IMG/VR virus record: IMGVR_UViG_3300021197_001653
Location: 40,435 to 104,434 of that record
Reading direction: 5' to 3' (one strand)
Length of the DNA: 64,000 nucleotides
Source of the DNA: a virus
In this document: positions 42,398 through 51,660 of the stretch, piece by piece
Layout: every line of letters starts with the position of its first letter
How positions within the stretch are numbered: the first letter of the stretch is position 1
Notes under the pieces: generated by a model
The model's database searches: none
Told to the model about the DNA's origin: nothing
What the model saw: only the letters and a program-made list of their open reading frames with translations
Position numbers and translations under genes: made by a program

Positions 42398-42416
42398 TTT
42401 TGTGAAATTTTTACGT

Positions 42417-42740
42417 TTATATTAATGTTGATAAATAAGCTCCTAGCACAAACCCAATTGTACTAGGTATAGGAAAAATATAATTCTTTCCTAAATTACT
42501 TACATATTTATTTCTATTTAGTATTCTGCTTTCTACTTGTTTGTATACAAAATACATACCTGATAATTTTAAAGCATTAGACATACTAATATCTTTTAAA
42601 AATAAAGCTACAAATGCAATTACAATACCACTAGTAACCCCAAATAAGAAGTTTACTATAACATGTTGTAATATTTCTGTCCAAGATACATCTTTAGCAT
42701 CTAAAACATTTCTCTTTTTACTTAAAAATTTATTTTTCAT
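42417..42740 (-). CDS. Membrane protein (hypothetical)
   Basis: 2-3 hydrophobic helices. Confidence 0.6.
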   Translation of the reverse strand: MKNKFLSKKRNVLDAKDVSWTEILQHVIVNFLFGVTSGIVIAFVALFLKDISMSNALKLSGMYFVYKQVESRILNRNKYVSNLGKNYIFPIPSTIGFVLGAYLSTLI

Positions 42741-42979
42741 TATAATTTTTTATATTTTCCTATTGGGAATATTTTTCTAAAATGTTTTTTGTGCATAGGA
42801 TTAAACGATATTATAGGATGACCTTCTGCCATCCCTATCCAATTAGGAAACATCATTATAATCACTATAGGATTACCTTTATATTTATCATATAATTTTC
42901 TATTTAATATTGTCATTATAAATATGTTATTAATCCAAATAATATACATAAATGTAATATTTGGTCTATTGCTGTCCAA
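42740..42979 (-). CDS. Hypothetical protein (true start probably near 42917)
   Basis: ORF in the operon. The annotated 5' part overlaps the upstream gene. Confidence 0.4.
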   Translation of the reverse strand: MDSNRPNITFMYIIWINNIFIMTILNRKLYDKYKGNPIVIIMMFPNWIGMAEGHPIISFNPMHKKHFRKIFPIGKYKKL

Positions 42980-43260
42980 TTAATCATTTGCCTTTCATTC
43001 TTACCTTTAGGTAATAACATATCTATTAAGAAATGACTAGTACCATTAAGTGTTATAATAGCTAATATTGAACCATATTCATAATTAAAATACAATAAAA
43101 GACATGTGAAAAATATAGTAAAGGGTAATATATTAATTAACATATGCTCCATTACAGCACTTAATCCCTCTATATCTCTACCCTTTCTTCTAGCAACATG
43201 TCTTGGTTGTAATACCCAATCAAATAAGAAATGAAGTATTACTAATAATATATATATCAT
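42916..43260 (-). CDS. DUF3307-like membrane protein
   Basis: HFLFDWVLQP..., SHFLID, DQILH. Confidence 0.7.
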   Translation of the reverse strand: MIYILLVILHFLFDWVLQPRHVARRKGRDIEGLSAVMEHMLINILPFTIFFTCLLLYFNYEYGSILAIITLNGTSHFLIDMLLPKGKNERQMINWTAIDQILHLCILFGLITYL

Positions 43261-43988
43261 TTTATTTGTTTTACAAAATTAATTAATTTATTTTGATTAC
43301 AGTATGATGATTCATTATACTTCCATATTGAAATTACATCATTAACAGACAAGCATCTTTTATTCATTAATAAATAATTTTCAGCATTTTCTTTTTTACC
43401 AAAAATATATTTTTTATCACATAATAAACTATTAGTATTAGCTGTACTTGTGTAATAACTAGTTGCTTTATTAGCGATAACATAATACTTATTACCTTTA
43501 AACATAGGTACACCATCATTTGTTATAAATAATGGTTTTAATACTCTTTTAGCATATTTTATTAGTAAACCAGCATTTTCTTTAGTTGAATTATTCTCTC
43601 CTAACCATAACCTAATTGAATTTTTTATAATTTCAAATCTTTTTATTACTTGAGTATAACTTGGTCTATTTTTTAATACATCACCAATAGTAAATACTTC
43701 ACCATCACTAAGTCTTTTAATTGAATAAATTTTCATACCAGATTTAATAAGTTTATCAACAAATTCATCTGTATAACCTTCCATTATATTTTCAATAATA
43801 GATGGTGATGTTTTTCTATTTAATGATAATATTTCATAATCTTTTTCAATCACTTCTTCCCAAAATTCTGGATGATCACTACATATTAATGTTTTATCTG
43901 GTGTGGACCAAGCAATAATATTTATATCATTTATATACCCTAGCTGCGGAGAACCAGGGTATATTTTAATTAATCTATATTTTTTCAT
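43257..43988 (-). CDS. Hypothetical Bacteroidota-phage protein
   Basis: YPGSP.LG, PEFWEEV.EKDYEILS, SIKRLSDGEVFTIGD, PLF.T.DGV motifs. Confidence 0.6.
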   Translation of the reverse strand: MKKYRLIKIYPGSPQLGYINDINIIAWSTPDKTLICSDHPEFWEEVIEKDYEILSLNRKTSPSIIENIMEGYTDEFVDKLIKSGMKIYSIKRLSDGEVFTIGDVLKNRPSYTQVIKRFEIIKNSIRLWLGENNSTKENAGLLIKYAKRVLKPLFITNDGVPMFKGNKYYVIANKATSYYTSTANTNSLLCDKKYIFGKKENAENYLLMNKRCLSVNDVISIWKYNESSYCNQNKLINFVKQIK

Positions 43989-43999
43989 GATTCTTTTAT

Positions 44000-44725
44000 T
44001 TAAGCCTTCACCATTACTTCAATTGGATTTTTAACACCTATTAAATTAATTATTTGGGTTATAGCAAAAGGGCAGTTAAACTCTTCGGGGTGATATTGAA
44101 ATGCTAAAATTGGTAAACTTTCATGTCTGAAAGCTTCAACAATAGTTAATACCTCACCATTTTTTTTAAATTTTTTAGCAACTAAATGTTTATGATCATG
44201 TAATGAATTACAACCTTGATATACAGCAGTGTGACCAATACCAATTAATCCATCTCCTAACTTTTTAACAGCTTGATGATGTATTGTATTAATTTTAATC
44301 TCTTCATTATCTTCTGTAATCATAGTTTGATTAGTAGATACTCTATCATCTCTATCTTGTTGATGACCAATAATATGTTGGTATAATGACCCACCAAACA
44401 TTACATTTAATGATTGCATACCTCTACATATCCCTATAATAGGCTTTTTAGCATCAATAAATGCTTTTGCTATAGTCATGTCCATAAATTCATAATGGGC
44501 ATTAGAACGACCTGTTGCAGGATGAGGTGCCTCCCCATATCTAATAGGGTTTACATCTGCCCCACCAGGTATTAATAATACATCACAAGTATCTACTATT
44601 TCTTTAGGATTATCACTAGGTGTTATTAATCTAGGTATTCCAAAAAGACCTACAAAATTCATATAAGCTGTTGATTGACCTACTTTTCCATTAAAACTGT
44701 CTGCGTAAATTGCTATTATTTTCAT
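44000..44725 (-). CDS. Second peptidase C26 / gamma-glutamyl-GABA hydrolase-like protein
   Basis: PGGADVNP.RYG, GICRGMQ, NTIHHQAV, QYHPE. Confidence 0.9.
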   Translation of the reverse strand: MKIIAIYADSFNGKVGQSTAYMNFVGLFGIPRLITPSDNPKEIVDTCDVLLIPGGADVNPIRYGEAPHPATGRSNAHYEFMDMTIAKAFIDAKKPIIGICRGMQSLNVMFGGSLYQHIIGHQQDRDDRVSTNQTMITEDNEEIKINTIHHQAVKKLGDGLIGIGHTAVYQGCNSLHDHKHLVAKKFKKNGEVLTIVEAFRHESLPILAFQYHPEEFNCPFAITQIINLIGVKNPIEVMVKA

Positions 44726-44748
44726 GTTTATTTTATTTATTTTATATT

Positions 44749-45186
44749 TTAATACTGTTTAAGCTGAATATTTAATAATTTCTCTGGTAAAAATTTTTCA
44801 GGGCATGTCAAAAAGAGTGTTTTACCCCAATCGATATATTCTGTAGCATCTTCATTACTTTTTTTACCATAATCTTTATATTGAATTTGGACATAAGGTT
44901 TTTTAATAGAATCATCTATTTTAATTCTTATGTTTTCTATATCACACTCAATATATTTATAATAATCATTAACTTTGGCAAACATTTTTACCTTGTTTTC
45001 TTTCTTTGTTGAACTATTCCAACTTGCAGCTATTAAGAAATAACTACCATTTGAAGATGTTGTTTTATGTTGATCATTTACCAATTGTCTTAATTCAAAT
45101 GATTCTGTTATATAAATATCTTTTGTTGAATAATGACAAGATGTAAATAATCCTAATATTAATATTAATTTAAATAATGTTTTCAT
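44749..45186 (-). CDS. Putative lipoprotein
   Basis: Signal peptide with lipobox LFTSC. Confidence 0.6.
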   Translation of the reverse strand: MKTLFKLILILGLFTSCHYSTKDIYITESFELRQLVNDQHKTTSSNGSYFLIAASWNSSTKKENKVKMFAKVNDYYKYIECDIENIRIKIDDSIKKPYVQIQYKDYGKKSNEDATEYIDWGKTLFLTCPEKFLPEKLLNIQLKQY

Positions 45187-45191
45187 AATAT

Positions 45192-45716
45192 TTATCTTTT
45201 AATTCCTAACTCCTCTAATGTTTTTGGTATATAATCTATTTGTTCACATGATACACCAATATACCTATCATCTTTAGTACCTTTATGTGTATCTCTAGTA
45301 TTAGATATTGTTTCTTTAACTACACTATATTCATGTAAATGAGCATGTATATTTTTAGAAACCCTATATTCTAATTCTTGAGGATGTATTGGGCAATGTG
45401 TTAAGAATACACCTTTATAACGAACCATTGAAGCTACTGACTTAACATATTTTAATAATTCTGGTATATGTTTAGCTTCATCATGATTACCCAGTATTAC
45501 TTTTTTAATACCATTCATTTGATCTAGATAAAAATACCACTTATCTGTGTGCATTGTTATATCCCCCATTAAATAAGTTACATCTTTTTTATGAACTACT
45601 GAATTATGTTTTTTGATTATATATTCAGCCATCTCAAAAGAATCTTTAAAACCTCTTCTTTTAGCACATGATTCATGTCCAAAATGATGATCTCCTATAA
45701 ATCTTACAATACTCAT
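45192..45716 (-). CDS. Calcineurin-like metallophosphoesterase
   Basis: GDHHFGH, MGD, GNHD, THCP, HAHLH. Confidence 0.9.
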   Translation of the reverse strand: MSIVRFIGDHHFGHESCAKRRGFKDSFEMAEYIIKKHNSVVHKKDVTYLMGDITMHTDKWYFYLDQMNGIKKVILGNHDEAKHIPELLKYVKSVASMVRYKGVFLTHCPIHPQELEYRVSKNIHAHLHEYSVVKETISNTRDTHKGTKDDRYIGVSCEQIDYIPKTLEELGIKR

Positions 45717-45720
45717 TTTT

Positions 45721-46008
45721 TTATTTTTTTAGTTGTTTTTTTCTTTCTTTCATTAATCCCATATAAGTACCAAAAGCACCACCTCCTATGTGTCCTATAA
45801 GAGGTAGTATTTTTAGTTCTAATATTGAATCAACACCAATTGCAACAGCCACTAACCATGATACACCTATACCTATACCTGTAAGTATAGATGGTAGTAC
45901 CAATAATTTACTAGTATATATTACATTTAAGGTTCTTAACCATAAAAATGCACTTTGACTAATAAATACAATTACTGCTAGTTCCAAATTTGATAAATTT
46001 TCAAACAT
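45721..46008 (-). CDS. Small membrane protein (DUF5698-like)
   Basis: Three TM helices, LRTLNV, GG.FGTY.G. Confidence 0.6.
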   Translation of the reverse strand: MFENLSNLELAVIVFISQSAFLWLRTLNVIYTSKLLVLPSILTGIGIGVSWLVAVAIGVDSILELKILPLIGHIGGGAFGTYMGLMKERKKQLKK

Positions 46009-46012
46009 AGTT

Positions 46013-47554
46013 TTAATTATTTTTTATTCTATCTCTAATTTCAAAGAGACTTACTTGATTATATAATTGTCCATCTTGGAATATTACTTTAAGTTCACCT
46101 TTAGCTTCAGATTCCCAATCTTGTTCATTTAATAGAACATACTTACCATCTGTTTCAATAACTGATAATAAACCTTTAGCTGATTTCTTAGAACCATCTC
46201 CAGTTTTAGGGTCTTTAAATATAGATTTACCTACTTTGATAATATCTGGCATTCCTGATGAACATACATTTTTAAAACATTCCTTTTTAAATTCTACATA
46301 TGTAGCTTTAAAAGCTTGACCATGGCTATCTCTAGTATTAAATTGATAAGTAAAACTACCAATTCCAGCTACCCAATTAATAGAAGCAAAACCTTTATCC
46401 ATTAATCTTTGGCAGATTTGATTAGCTCTATCATAAGTAATAGCATCACCATATATTAATCCTACATGTTCATCTAAAAGTTTAAAACCTTTTTCTGTTT
46501 CTGTAGTACCAAATATTTCAGATAATATTTCAATAGCACCTTTATGTTCAGGTGTATCAGGTATATTTTTATAATCACCACAAATAATATCTACTGGATT
46601 ACCACTATCAGGTCTAAATACTACTTTACCATTTCTAGCCATAATAGCTTCTTTTCTCTGAGGAACTACTTCTGTTAAAAATTTCCAGAAATCAAATCCA
46701 TCACAAACTATTGAAACAATACCTGTTGGAAACTTTTCTAAAATAGCATCTAAATAAGCTAATTCTTCTCCATCTTTAGGATTAAAATAAGCACATTGAA
46801 CTGAATGTTCTGTTGCAGGGACACTAGTTTGTACTAAATTAAATTTATCCCAATCGTTCTGACCTGAATCATAATAATATTGAGCATCTAAATAAGATGA
46901 AACTGTATCTCCACCACTAAATGATGTATCGTGCCCTAAACCTATTGAACTTGATGCTTCCCAACCAAAGTCTCCTCTGGCACTAAAATCATGTCCTTGA
47001 AATTGAACAAAATCAGTATTACCTACTGTTTTTATTGCATAATCTTCAAATAATAATCTATAATCATTAGCTATAGTAGCTGTAGTAACTTGATGCCATA
47101 TTTCAGATGACATATAAGTTTCTAAGTAATTGGTTAACCAATAACATTTTGGATCAGTATTATACATTGTCATGTATGGTACTCCAAATGGCACTTTAGA
47201 ACCCTCTGGTAAACCTTTGATAACTAATGGTAAATAACCTAATTTATGTAAATAAGATAAATGATCTACAGCATATTCAGCACCAGTGAATGATGTTAAT
47301 TGCTTTTTAATAAAATTCATTACATCATCATGTGGTAAGTCAAAGAAATCTTGAAATTTATCTTTCAATAATCTCACTAGTCTTTGTTGACCAAATGATA
47401 TTACATAATCTTTATTAGGTCCTTTATAATGTTTACAATGTCTTGCTGTTGCATTACTATACACAGTTACTGTATTAGATGGATACATTTGTCTATGAAA
47501 CAATTTATATGCGTCTAATAATAATACTATTAATCTTAAGTGTTCTCTTTTCAT
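46013..47554 (-). CDS. nadV: Nicotinamide phosphoribosyltransferase homologue (Nampt/Namat)
   Basis: DAYK..H..MYP, HDFSARG, SVPATEHSV, SIVCD, RPDSGNP, YGDAIT, KDPKT..GSKKSAKG. Confidence 0.92.
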   Translation of the reverse strand: MKREHLRLIVLLLDAYKLFHRQMYPSNTVTVYSNATARHCKHYKGPNKDYVISFGQQRLVRLLKDKFQDFFDLPHDDVMNFIKKQLTSFTGAEYAVDHLSYLHKLGYLPLVIKGLPEGSKVPFGVPYMTMYNTDPKCYWLTNYLETYMSSEIWHQVTTATIANDYRLLFEDYAIKTVGNTDFVQFQGHDFSARGDFGWEASSSIGLGHDTSFSGGDTVSSYLDAQYYYDSGQNDWDKFNLVQTSVPATEHSVQCAYFNPKDGEELAYLDAILEKFPTGIVSIVCDGFDFWKFLTEVVPQRKEAIMARNGKVVFRPDSGNPVDIICGDYKNIPDTPEHKGAIEILSEIFGTTETEKGFKLLDEHVGLIYGDAITYDRANQICQRLMDKGFASINWVAGIGSFTYQFNTRDSHGQAFKATYVEFKKECFKNVCSSGMPDIIKVGKSIFKDPKTGDGSKKSAKGLLSVIETDGKYVLLNEQDWESEAKGELKVIFQDGQLYNQVSLFEIRDRIKNN

Positions 47555-47555
47555 G

Positions 47556-48452
47556 TTAAAAATTATAAATTAGAAATTCAGATATATGCATTGGTTTCAT
47601 CATTAAATGTTTTACATTCTCTAATGTAGCATGTGTATCATCTATTAATGTTACTTGATGTTTTTTTAATTTGTAAAATTGACGCAAATTTTCAAGCATT
47701 TCTGCTTTATGTCTACCAGAATTTACAAAATGTCTACGATCTTTTGGTATATTATAATGTTTATCTAACCATTTCATTTTTTCAATATAAGAAAATGAAT
47801 TTGGTATAGCTGATAAAATATACAATTTATGTTTTGCTGGGTCTAAAGCATTTAATTTATCTATCACCATTTGTACAGGTGGTAAATATTTAAATAATTG
47901 ACTGTTAACAAAATCTATTTTACCATTTATTTTAGGTAAAGTAGTTAATGCAGCTAATACACCATCCATATCTATAAAAATATGTTCATGTGTAAAAAAT
48001 TCTATAACTGATATTTTATTAACTAAATTAGATAATATTTGAAATTGGGCATTTTCTTTTGCAGATTTTTCTATAATAGCTTCAACAGGAACTTTTCTTT
48101 CCCTAATTGAATTTCTTTTTAAACACACTTCAATAGGTGTTTTAATATGTATTAATTCTACATAATAACCTTTTTCTTGAAGCATTTTTATAATTCTTGT
48201 TGTATAAGAATTATTAATACCTCCACCGTCCATTATCAATTGTATTTTTTCATCTGATAATAAATTCATAACTTTTTCAGCTTTCTTAACACTCCATTCA
48301 TGAAGTAAAAAAGCTTTATTTGGGTTATAATCTTTATGAGATTCCTTATATGCATCTGCTGACACAATCTTATAATCTCTTACATTATCTTCCACATTAA
48401 GCCAGGAACTTTTACCTGCTAATGGAAGACCCATTAAAATTTTTGCTTTCAT
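47556..48452 (-). CDS. P-loop kinase (AAA_33/PNK-like) fused to HAD 5'(3')-deoxyribonucleotidase-like domain
   Basis: GLPLAGKS...SAD, CLKRN..R; then FIDMDGVL, LSA.P, LIDD. Confidence 0.8.
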   Translation of the reverse strand: MKAKILMGLPLAGKSSWLNVEDNVRDYKIVSADAYKESHKDYNPNKAFLLHEWSVKKAEKVMNLLSDEKIQLIMDGGGINNSYTTRIIKMLQEKGYYVELIHIKTPIEVCLKRNSIRERKVPVEAIIEKSAKENAQFQILSNLVNKISVIEFFTHEHIFIDMDGVLAALTTLPKINGKIDFVNSQLFKYLPPVQMVIDKLNALDPAKHKLYILSAIPNSFSYIEKMKWLDKHYNIPKDRRHFVNSGRHKAEMLENLRQFYKLKKHQVTLIDDTHATLENVKHLMMKPMHISEFLIYNF

Positions 48453-48459
48453 TTTTTAT

Positions 48460-48618
48460 TTATTTTTTAATCCATTTATTAAAAACTACGGGATAATTCT
48501 TAACATTATCAACACTTTTTGGTGTTTTACCACATTTACATTTTGGTATTGACATTGCAAATCGTTCTATTTTTATTATTTGTTTACAACAAGTATATAA
48601 TCTTGGTTTACCATACAT
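48460..48618 (-). CDS. Small Cys-containing (zinc-ribbon-like) protein, 52 aa
   Basis: Hand translation MYGKPRLYTCCKQ...PKCKCGKTP... Fills the gap between the prs-like and kinase genes. Confidence 0.5.
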   Translation of the reverse strand: MYGKPRLYTCCKQIIKIERFAMSIPKCKCGKTPKSVDNVKNYPVVFNKWIKK

Positions 48619-48619
48619 A

Positions 48620-49474
48620 TTAAAACATTTTTATAATTTCTAAATTTTTAGGCATACCTTTAATTATATCAGAACCACCTTTTTCTCTAACTTCTTGATA
48701 ATGATAAGTATCAAATTTACTATTAGTTGTAAATACTTTATCAAAATAATTAGTAACTGGATCATTACCTAAATCTTGTACAGTCATATGACTTACAGCT
48801 AAATAGAGTTTGCCCACGTTACAATCTTTTAACATAGTAGCTAATCCTTTAAAAGTACCACCATATACAGATATATCATCTATAATAAGGATATCTTTAC
48901 CTCCAAAATTAATTCTTGGTAAATTTTGACTTAATTTAGTTTTACCATCTTTATCATAAGTACGTGACTTACTTGCAGAAGCTGTTTCCCCCTTCCAATC
49001 TAACTTTTCACAAAGTTTCATTAAAGGTTTAAATCCACCCGCATCAGAAGACATTAATATTAAACTTTCTACAAAATCTTTTTTTGAACCTTTAATATCT
49101 TTAGCACGTTTAATCATTACTCTTTTAATAAAATCACTGTTATCAATAATCTCTACATTATCCATCATAGCTTCTACTACTTCAGGATTATGTGGATGAA
49201 ATATCTTGAAATTAGCGTTTATCCCATTAAGAAATTTACATACTAATTTTAAACCACTTGATTCTCCTGTATTAAATCTTCTATCTGCTTGAGCATCTAA
49301 TAAATTTGGTATGATTATAGTAGGTTTATTTTTATGTACATTCCAATAAGCATCCACTGCTTGATTTAAGTGCCATAAACTTTCATAACCATTTATTCTA
49401 AATGAATTATTATGTAATCCAACAGATATATTATTTACATAACTACTCCCATCTGGGTATTTGTTTATTTCCAT
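48620..49474 (-). CDS. Ribose-phosphate pyrophosphokinase-like protein (candidate ADPR-PP synthetase, Adps)
   Basis: YPDG, AQADRRF, HPHN, SSDAGG, K.R, IIDDISVYGGTF, YLAVSH. Confidence 0.85.
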   Translation of the reverse strand: MEINKYPDGSSYVNNISVGLHNNSFRINGYESLWHLNQAVDAYWNVHKNKPTIIIPNLLDAQADRRFNTGESSGLKLVCKFLNGINANFKIFHPHNPEVVEAMMDNVEIIDNSDFIKRVMIKRAKDIKGSKKDFVESLILMSSDAGGFKPLMKLCEKLDWKGETASASKSRTYDKDGKTKLSQNLPRINFGGKDILIIDDISVYGGTFKGLATMLKDCNVGKLYLAVSHMTVQDLGNDPVTNYFDKVFTTNSKFDTYHYQEVREKGGSDIIKGMPKNLEIIKMF

Positions 49475-49475
49475 A

Positions 49476-49643
49476 TTAATTTATTGTTTTATTTACCATT
49501 CTTATAAATCCTCTTATAAAACATAAGAGACTTAATATTTTCATATCAGCTCCATAAAATATAATTCCTAATGTATAAAAAGGCATTATAACAAACGATA
49601 CCGCTGTTATTACTATCCAAGCTAATATTTCATATATATTCAT
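49476..49643 (-). CDS. Small membrane protein (55 aa)
   Basis: Hand translation MNIYEILAWIVITAVSFVIMPFYTLGIIF... Fills the gap. Confidence 0.5.
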   Translation of the reverse strand: MNIYEILAWIVITAVSFVIMPFYTLGIIFYGADMKILSLLCFIRGFIRMVNKTIN

Positions 49644-49644
49644 C

Positions 49645-50208
49645 TTAAGTCATTTTAATTCTTAATTTTTTAATTGTTTTATGACAATACTTTATTTGGT
49701 GAATACAATCATGTATTGCATTATGTTTCTCACCAACAAATTTCATATTCTTCTTTATTTCTGGTATCATACAGCTTGTAGTTCTAACATCACGTTCTAA
49801 CCAAGTATTCCAAAAGGCATTGAATGTGTATCCAATACTTTTTCTATACCAACCGTTTAATATACCAATGTCAAATCTGTTTGAATTACCCCACACTTTA
49901 ATTTTTTTATTGTCTTTAAGACTATTAAAATATTTTTGGAATTCTATACCAACTTCAACATATGTATTTTTACTTTTAGATAGCTTTTGGAACAAAGTTT
50001 CATTTGTTCTGTGCCACCATGCTAATGTACCTTTATCAAATTTATACCCATTTTTTATTTGATGGTCTAAATTAATAGACATCTCAAACACATTCTTAGA
50101 TATATCACCTGTATTTATATTAAAAGGTACAGCTGCTATTTGGATTATAGCACAACCAGGCTCTCTACCTGCTGTTTCTATATCCAGCATTAAATCTGTA
50201 TACTTCAT
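49645..50208 (-). CDS. DEDDh 3'-5' exonuclease (DUF5051/Rv2179c-like)
   Basis: LMLDIET, WGN..RFD, RDVRT, HNAIHDC. Confidence 0.85.
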   Translation of the reverse strand: MKYTDLMLDIETAGREPGCAIIQIAAVPFNINTGDISKNVFEMSINLDHQIKNGYKFDKGTLAWWHRTNETLFQKLSKSKNTYVEVGIEFQKYFNSLKDNKKIKVWGNSNRFDIGILNGWYRKSIGYTFNAFWNTWLERDVRTTSCMIPEIKKNMKFVGEKHNAIHDCIHQIKYCHKTIKKLRIKMT

Positions 50209-50211
50209 CTC

Positions 50212-50532
50212 CTACTTCAAATTTTTATCAATATATCTGTCATCCATATCTTTTCTGAATAGATGCATATATGATAGGAACATTGCATTACATAATATAT
50301 GTCCAACATGTTCTATTTTACTCTCTGGGTCATTGTCTTCACCGTCTATAAACGCATTTAAATGCCTTTGTAGGCTCTCACACGTTTCAGTGATACTAAC
50401 CCCTTTCTTCCAATTATTTGGGCTGTATTTCTTAGCTCCAAACATTAGTACTTTAATCATTGGTTCCATAGCTTTCCAGCTTATCAATGACCATTTTAAC
50501 TTACCTTCATTAAATCTATCTCCTTGCTCCAT
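50212..50532 (-). CDS. dATP/dGTP diphosphohydrolase domain protein (DUF5664)
   Basis: GKLKWSL, FGAKKY..NNW.KG, SL.RH, GEDNDPES..H..H..CN. Confidence 0.85.
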   Translation of the reverse strand: MEQGDRFNEGKLKWSLISWKAMEPMIKVLMFGAKKYSPNNWKKGVSITETCESLQRHLNAFIDGEDNDPESKIEHVGHILCNAMFLSYMHLFRKDMDDRYIDKNLK

Positions 50533-50545
50533 TGTTAAAATTTAT

Positions 50546-50582
50546 AAAAAATATGCAAAGGCTACTTAAAACCCTTGCATAT
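50546..50582 (-). terminator. Intrinsic terminator downstream of dnaB and the small ORF
   Basis: ATATGCAAGGG-loop-CCTTTGCATAT-T-run on the minus strand. Confidence 0.7.
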
Positions 50583-50593
50583 TATATATTTAT

Positions 50594-50701
50594 CTAGTAA
50601 TTGTATCTACTAGCTCTTTTCCAAATCATTCTAGGGGTATTTCTATATAACCCAACGATTCTGTTTTTAAAATAATTATCTCTAATTTGCGGTGTTACCA
50701 T
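50594..50701 (-). CDS. Small basic peptide (35 aa)
   Basis: Hand translation MVTPQIRDNYFKNRIVGLYRNTPRMIWKRASRYNY, starting 4 nt after the dnaB stop. Confidence 0.35.
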   Translation of the reverse strand: MVTPQIRDNYFKNRIVGLYRNTPRMIWKRASRYNY

Positions 50702-50705
50702 TTAT

Positions 50706-51653
50706 TTATCTTATTGTATTTACAAAATCATAAACTTGTTTCATATTTACTTCATCTTTTGGTAAAGGTAGCTCTTTAAAGTAATTCACTGCACCATCAA
50801 AATATAATGGGCAGATAGTACCAGCACCGCCTTCTCTACCACCTAAAATTTCTAAGAATCTAATATTATCTTTAAAAAATCTAATATCATAATCTTTGTA
50901 TTCAGGTATTTCATGTCTAAAAGGATTAAATAATCCTAATATAACATCAGCATCTCTCTGGGTAAGTTTACAATCCCCTAATCCATCTAAACTAGGTTTA
51001 AGCTTGTTAGCTTTAAAATTATCTAAACTCTCTTGAGAAGATGCTTGCTGTTGTATTACTACAAGTGAATATTTATATTTGTTACGTAGTCTAATTAAAT
51101 AATCTGACGATAATTTAACAATAGATGCATGTAAACCCATTTGTTTACCATCTATACTCTCCGTGGAGATTAAACTAATATGGTCAATAAAAACCATAAC
51201 ATATTCATCTGGATCATTTGGTTCATAATAATCATCAATCTCTTTTTCAAAGAGCTCACCTGTTTTATTATTTACAAATTCAACTTTCTTAGTATGTTGT
51301 GTTCCATTATTAACCGCATATTCTCTAACAAATTTATATATACCTGTTGGATTTCTAATATCATCAATGAATTCAACTATTTCTTCAATTTTCTCAAAAT
51401 AAGGTTTATATTTCTCAATAACTTCTAATACGTTATCTGGTAATACATTATCTTCCTTGGTACTTCTTAAATCTTTAGGTGCTATTCTTATTCCCTCTTT
51501 TACATAAAGTATATTAGAGAATGCTGATAACATTTTTTGTTCTTTAGACATCTCTAAAGTAAAATAAAATATTTTTAATCTTATGTTTAAGTCGTTATCT
51601 ACGACTTGTTGAATAGTATTATACAGATAAAGCCAATCAGCTATCTGCGTTTT
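50706..51653 (-). CDS. dnaB: Replicative DnaB-like helicase, exon 2 (315 aa, begins at Walker A Lys)
   Basis: Begins KTQIADWL. FTLEMS, FIDHISL, VIQQQ, DCKLTQRDADVILGLF, REGG. Confidence 0.9.
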   Translation of the reverse strand, partial: KTQIADWLYLYNTIQQVVDNDLNIRLKIFYFTLEMSKEQKMLSAFSNILYVKEGIRIAPKDLRSTKEDNVLPDNVLEVIEKYKPYFEKIEEIVEFIDDIRNPTGIYKFVREYAVNNGTQHTKKVEFVNNKTGELFEKEIDDYYEPNDPDEYVMVFIDHISLISTESIDGKQMGLHASIVKLSSDYLIRLRNKYKYSLVVIQQQASSQESLDNFKANKLKPSLDGLGDCKLTQRDADVILGLFNPFRHEIPEYKDYDIRFFKDNIRFLEILGGREGGAGTICPLYFDGAVNYFKELPLPKDEVNMKQVYDFVNTIR

Positions 51654-51660
51654 CAATTTG

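Noticed and set aside
50706-51656. TTG start at 51656 for a standalone 316-aa helicase
   Set aside because: The TTG is the last three intron bases (omega-G), and the product would lack most of Walker A.
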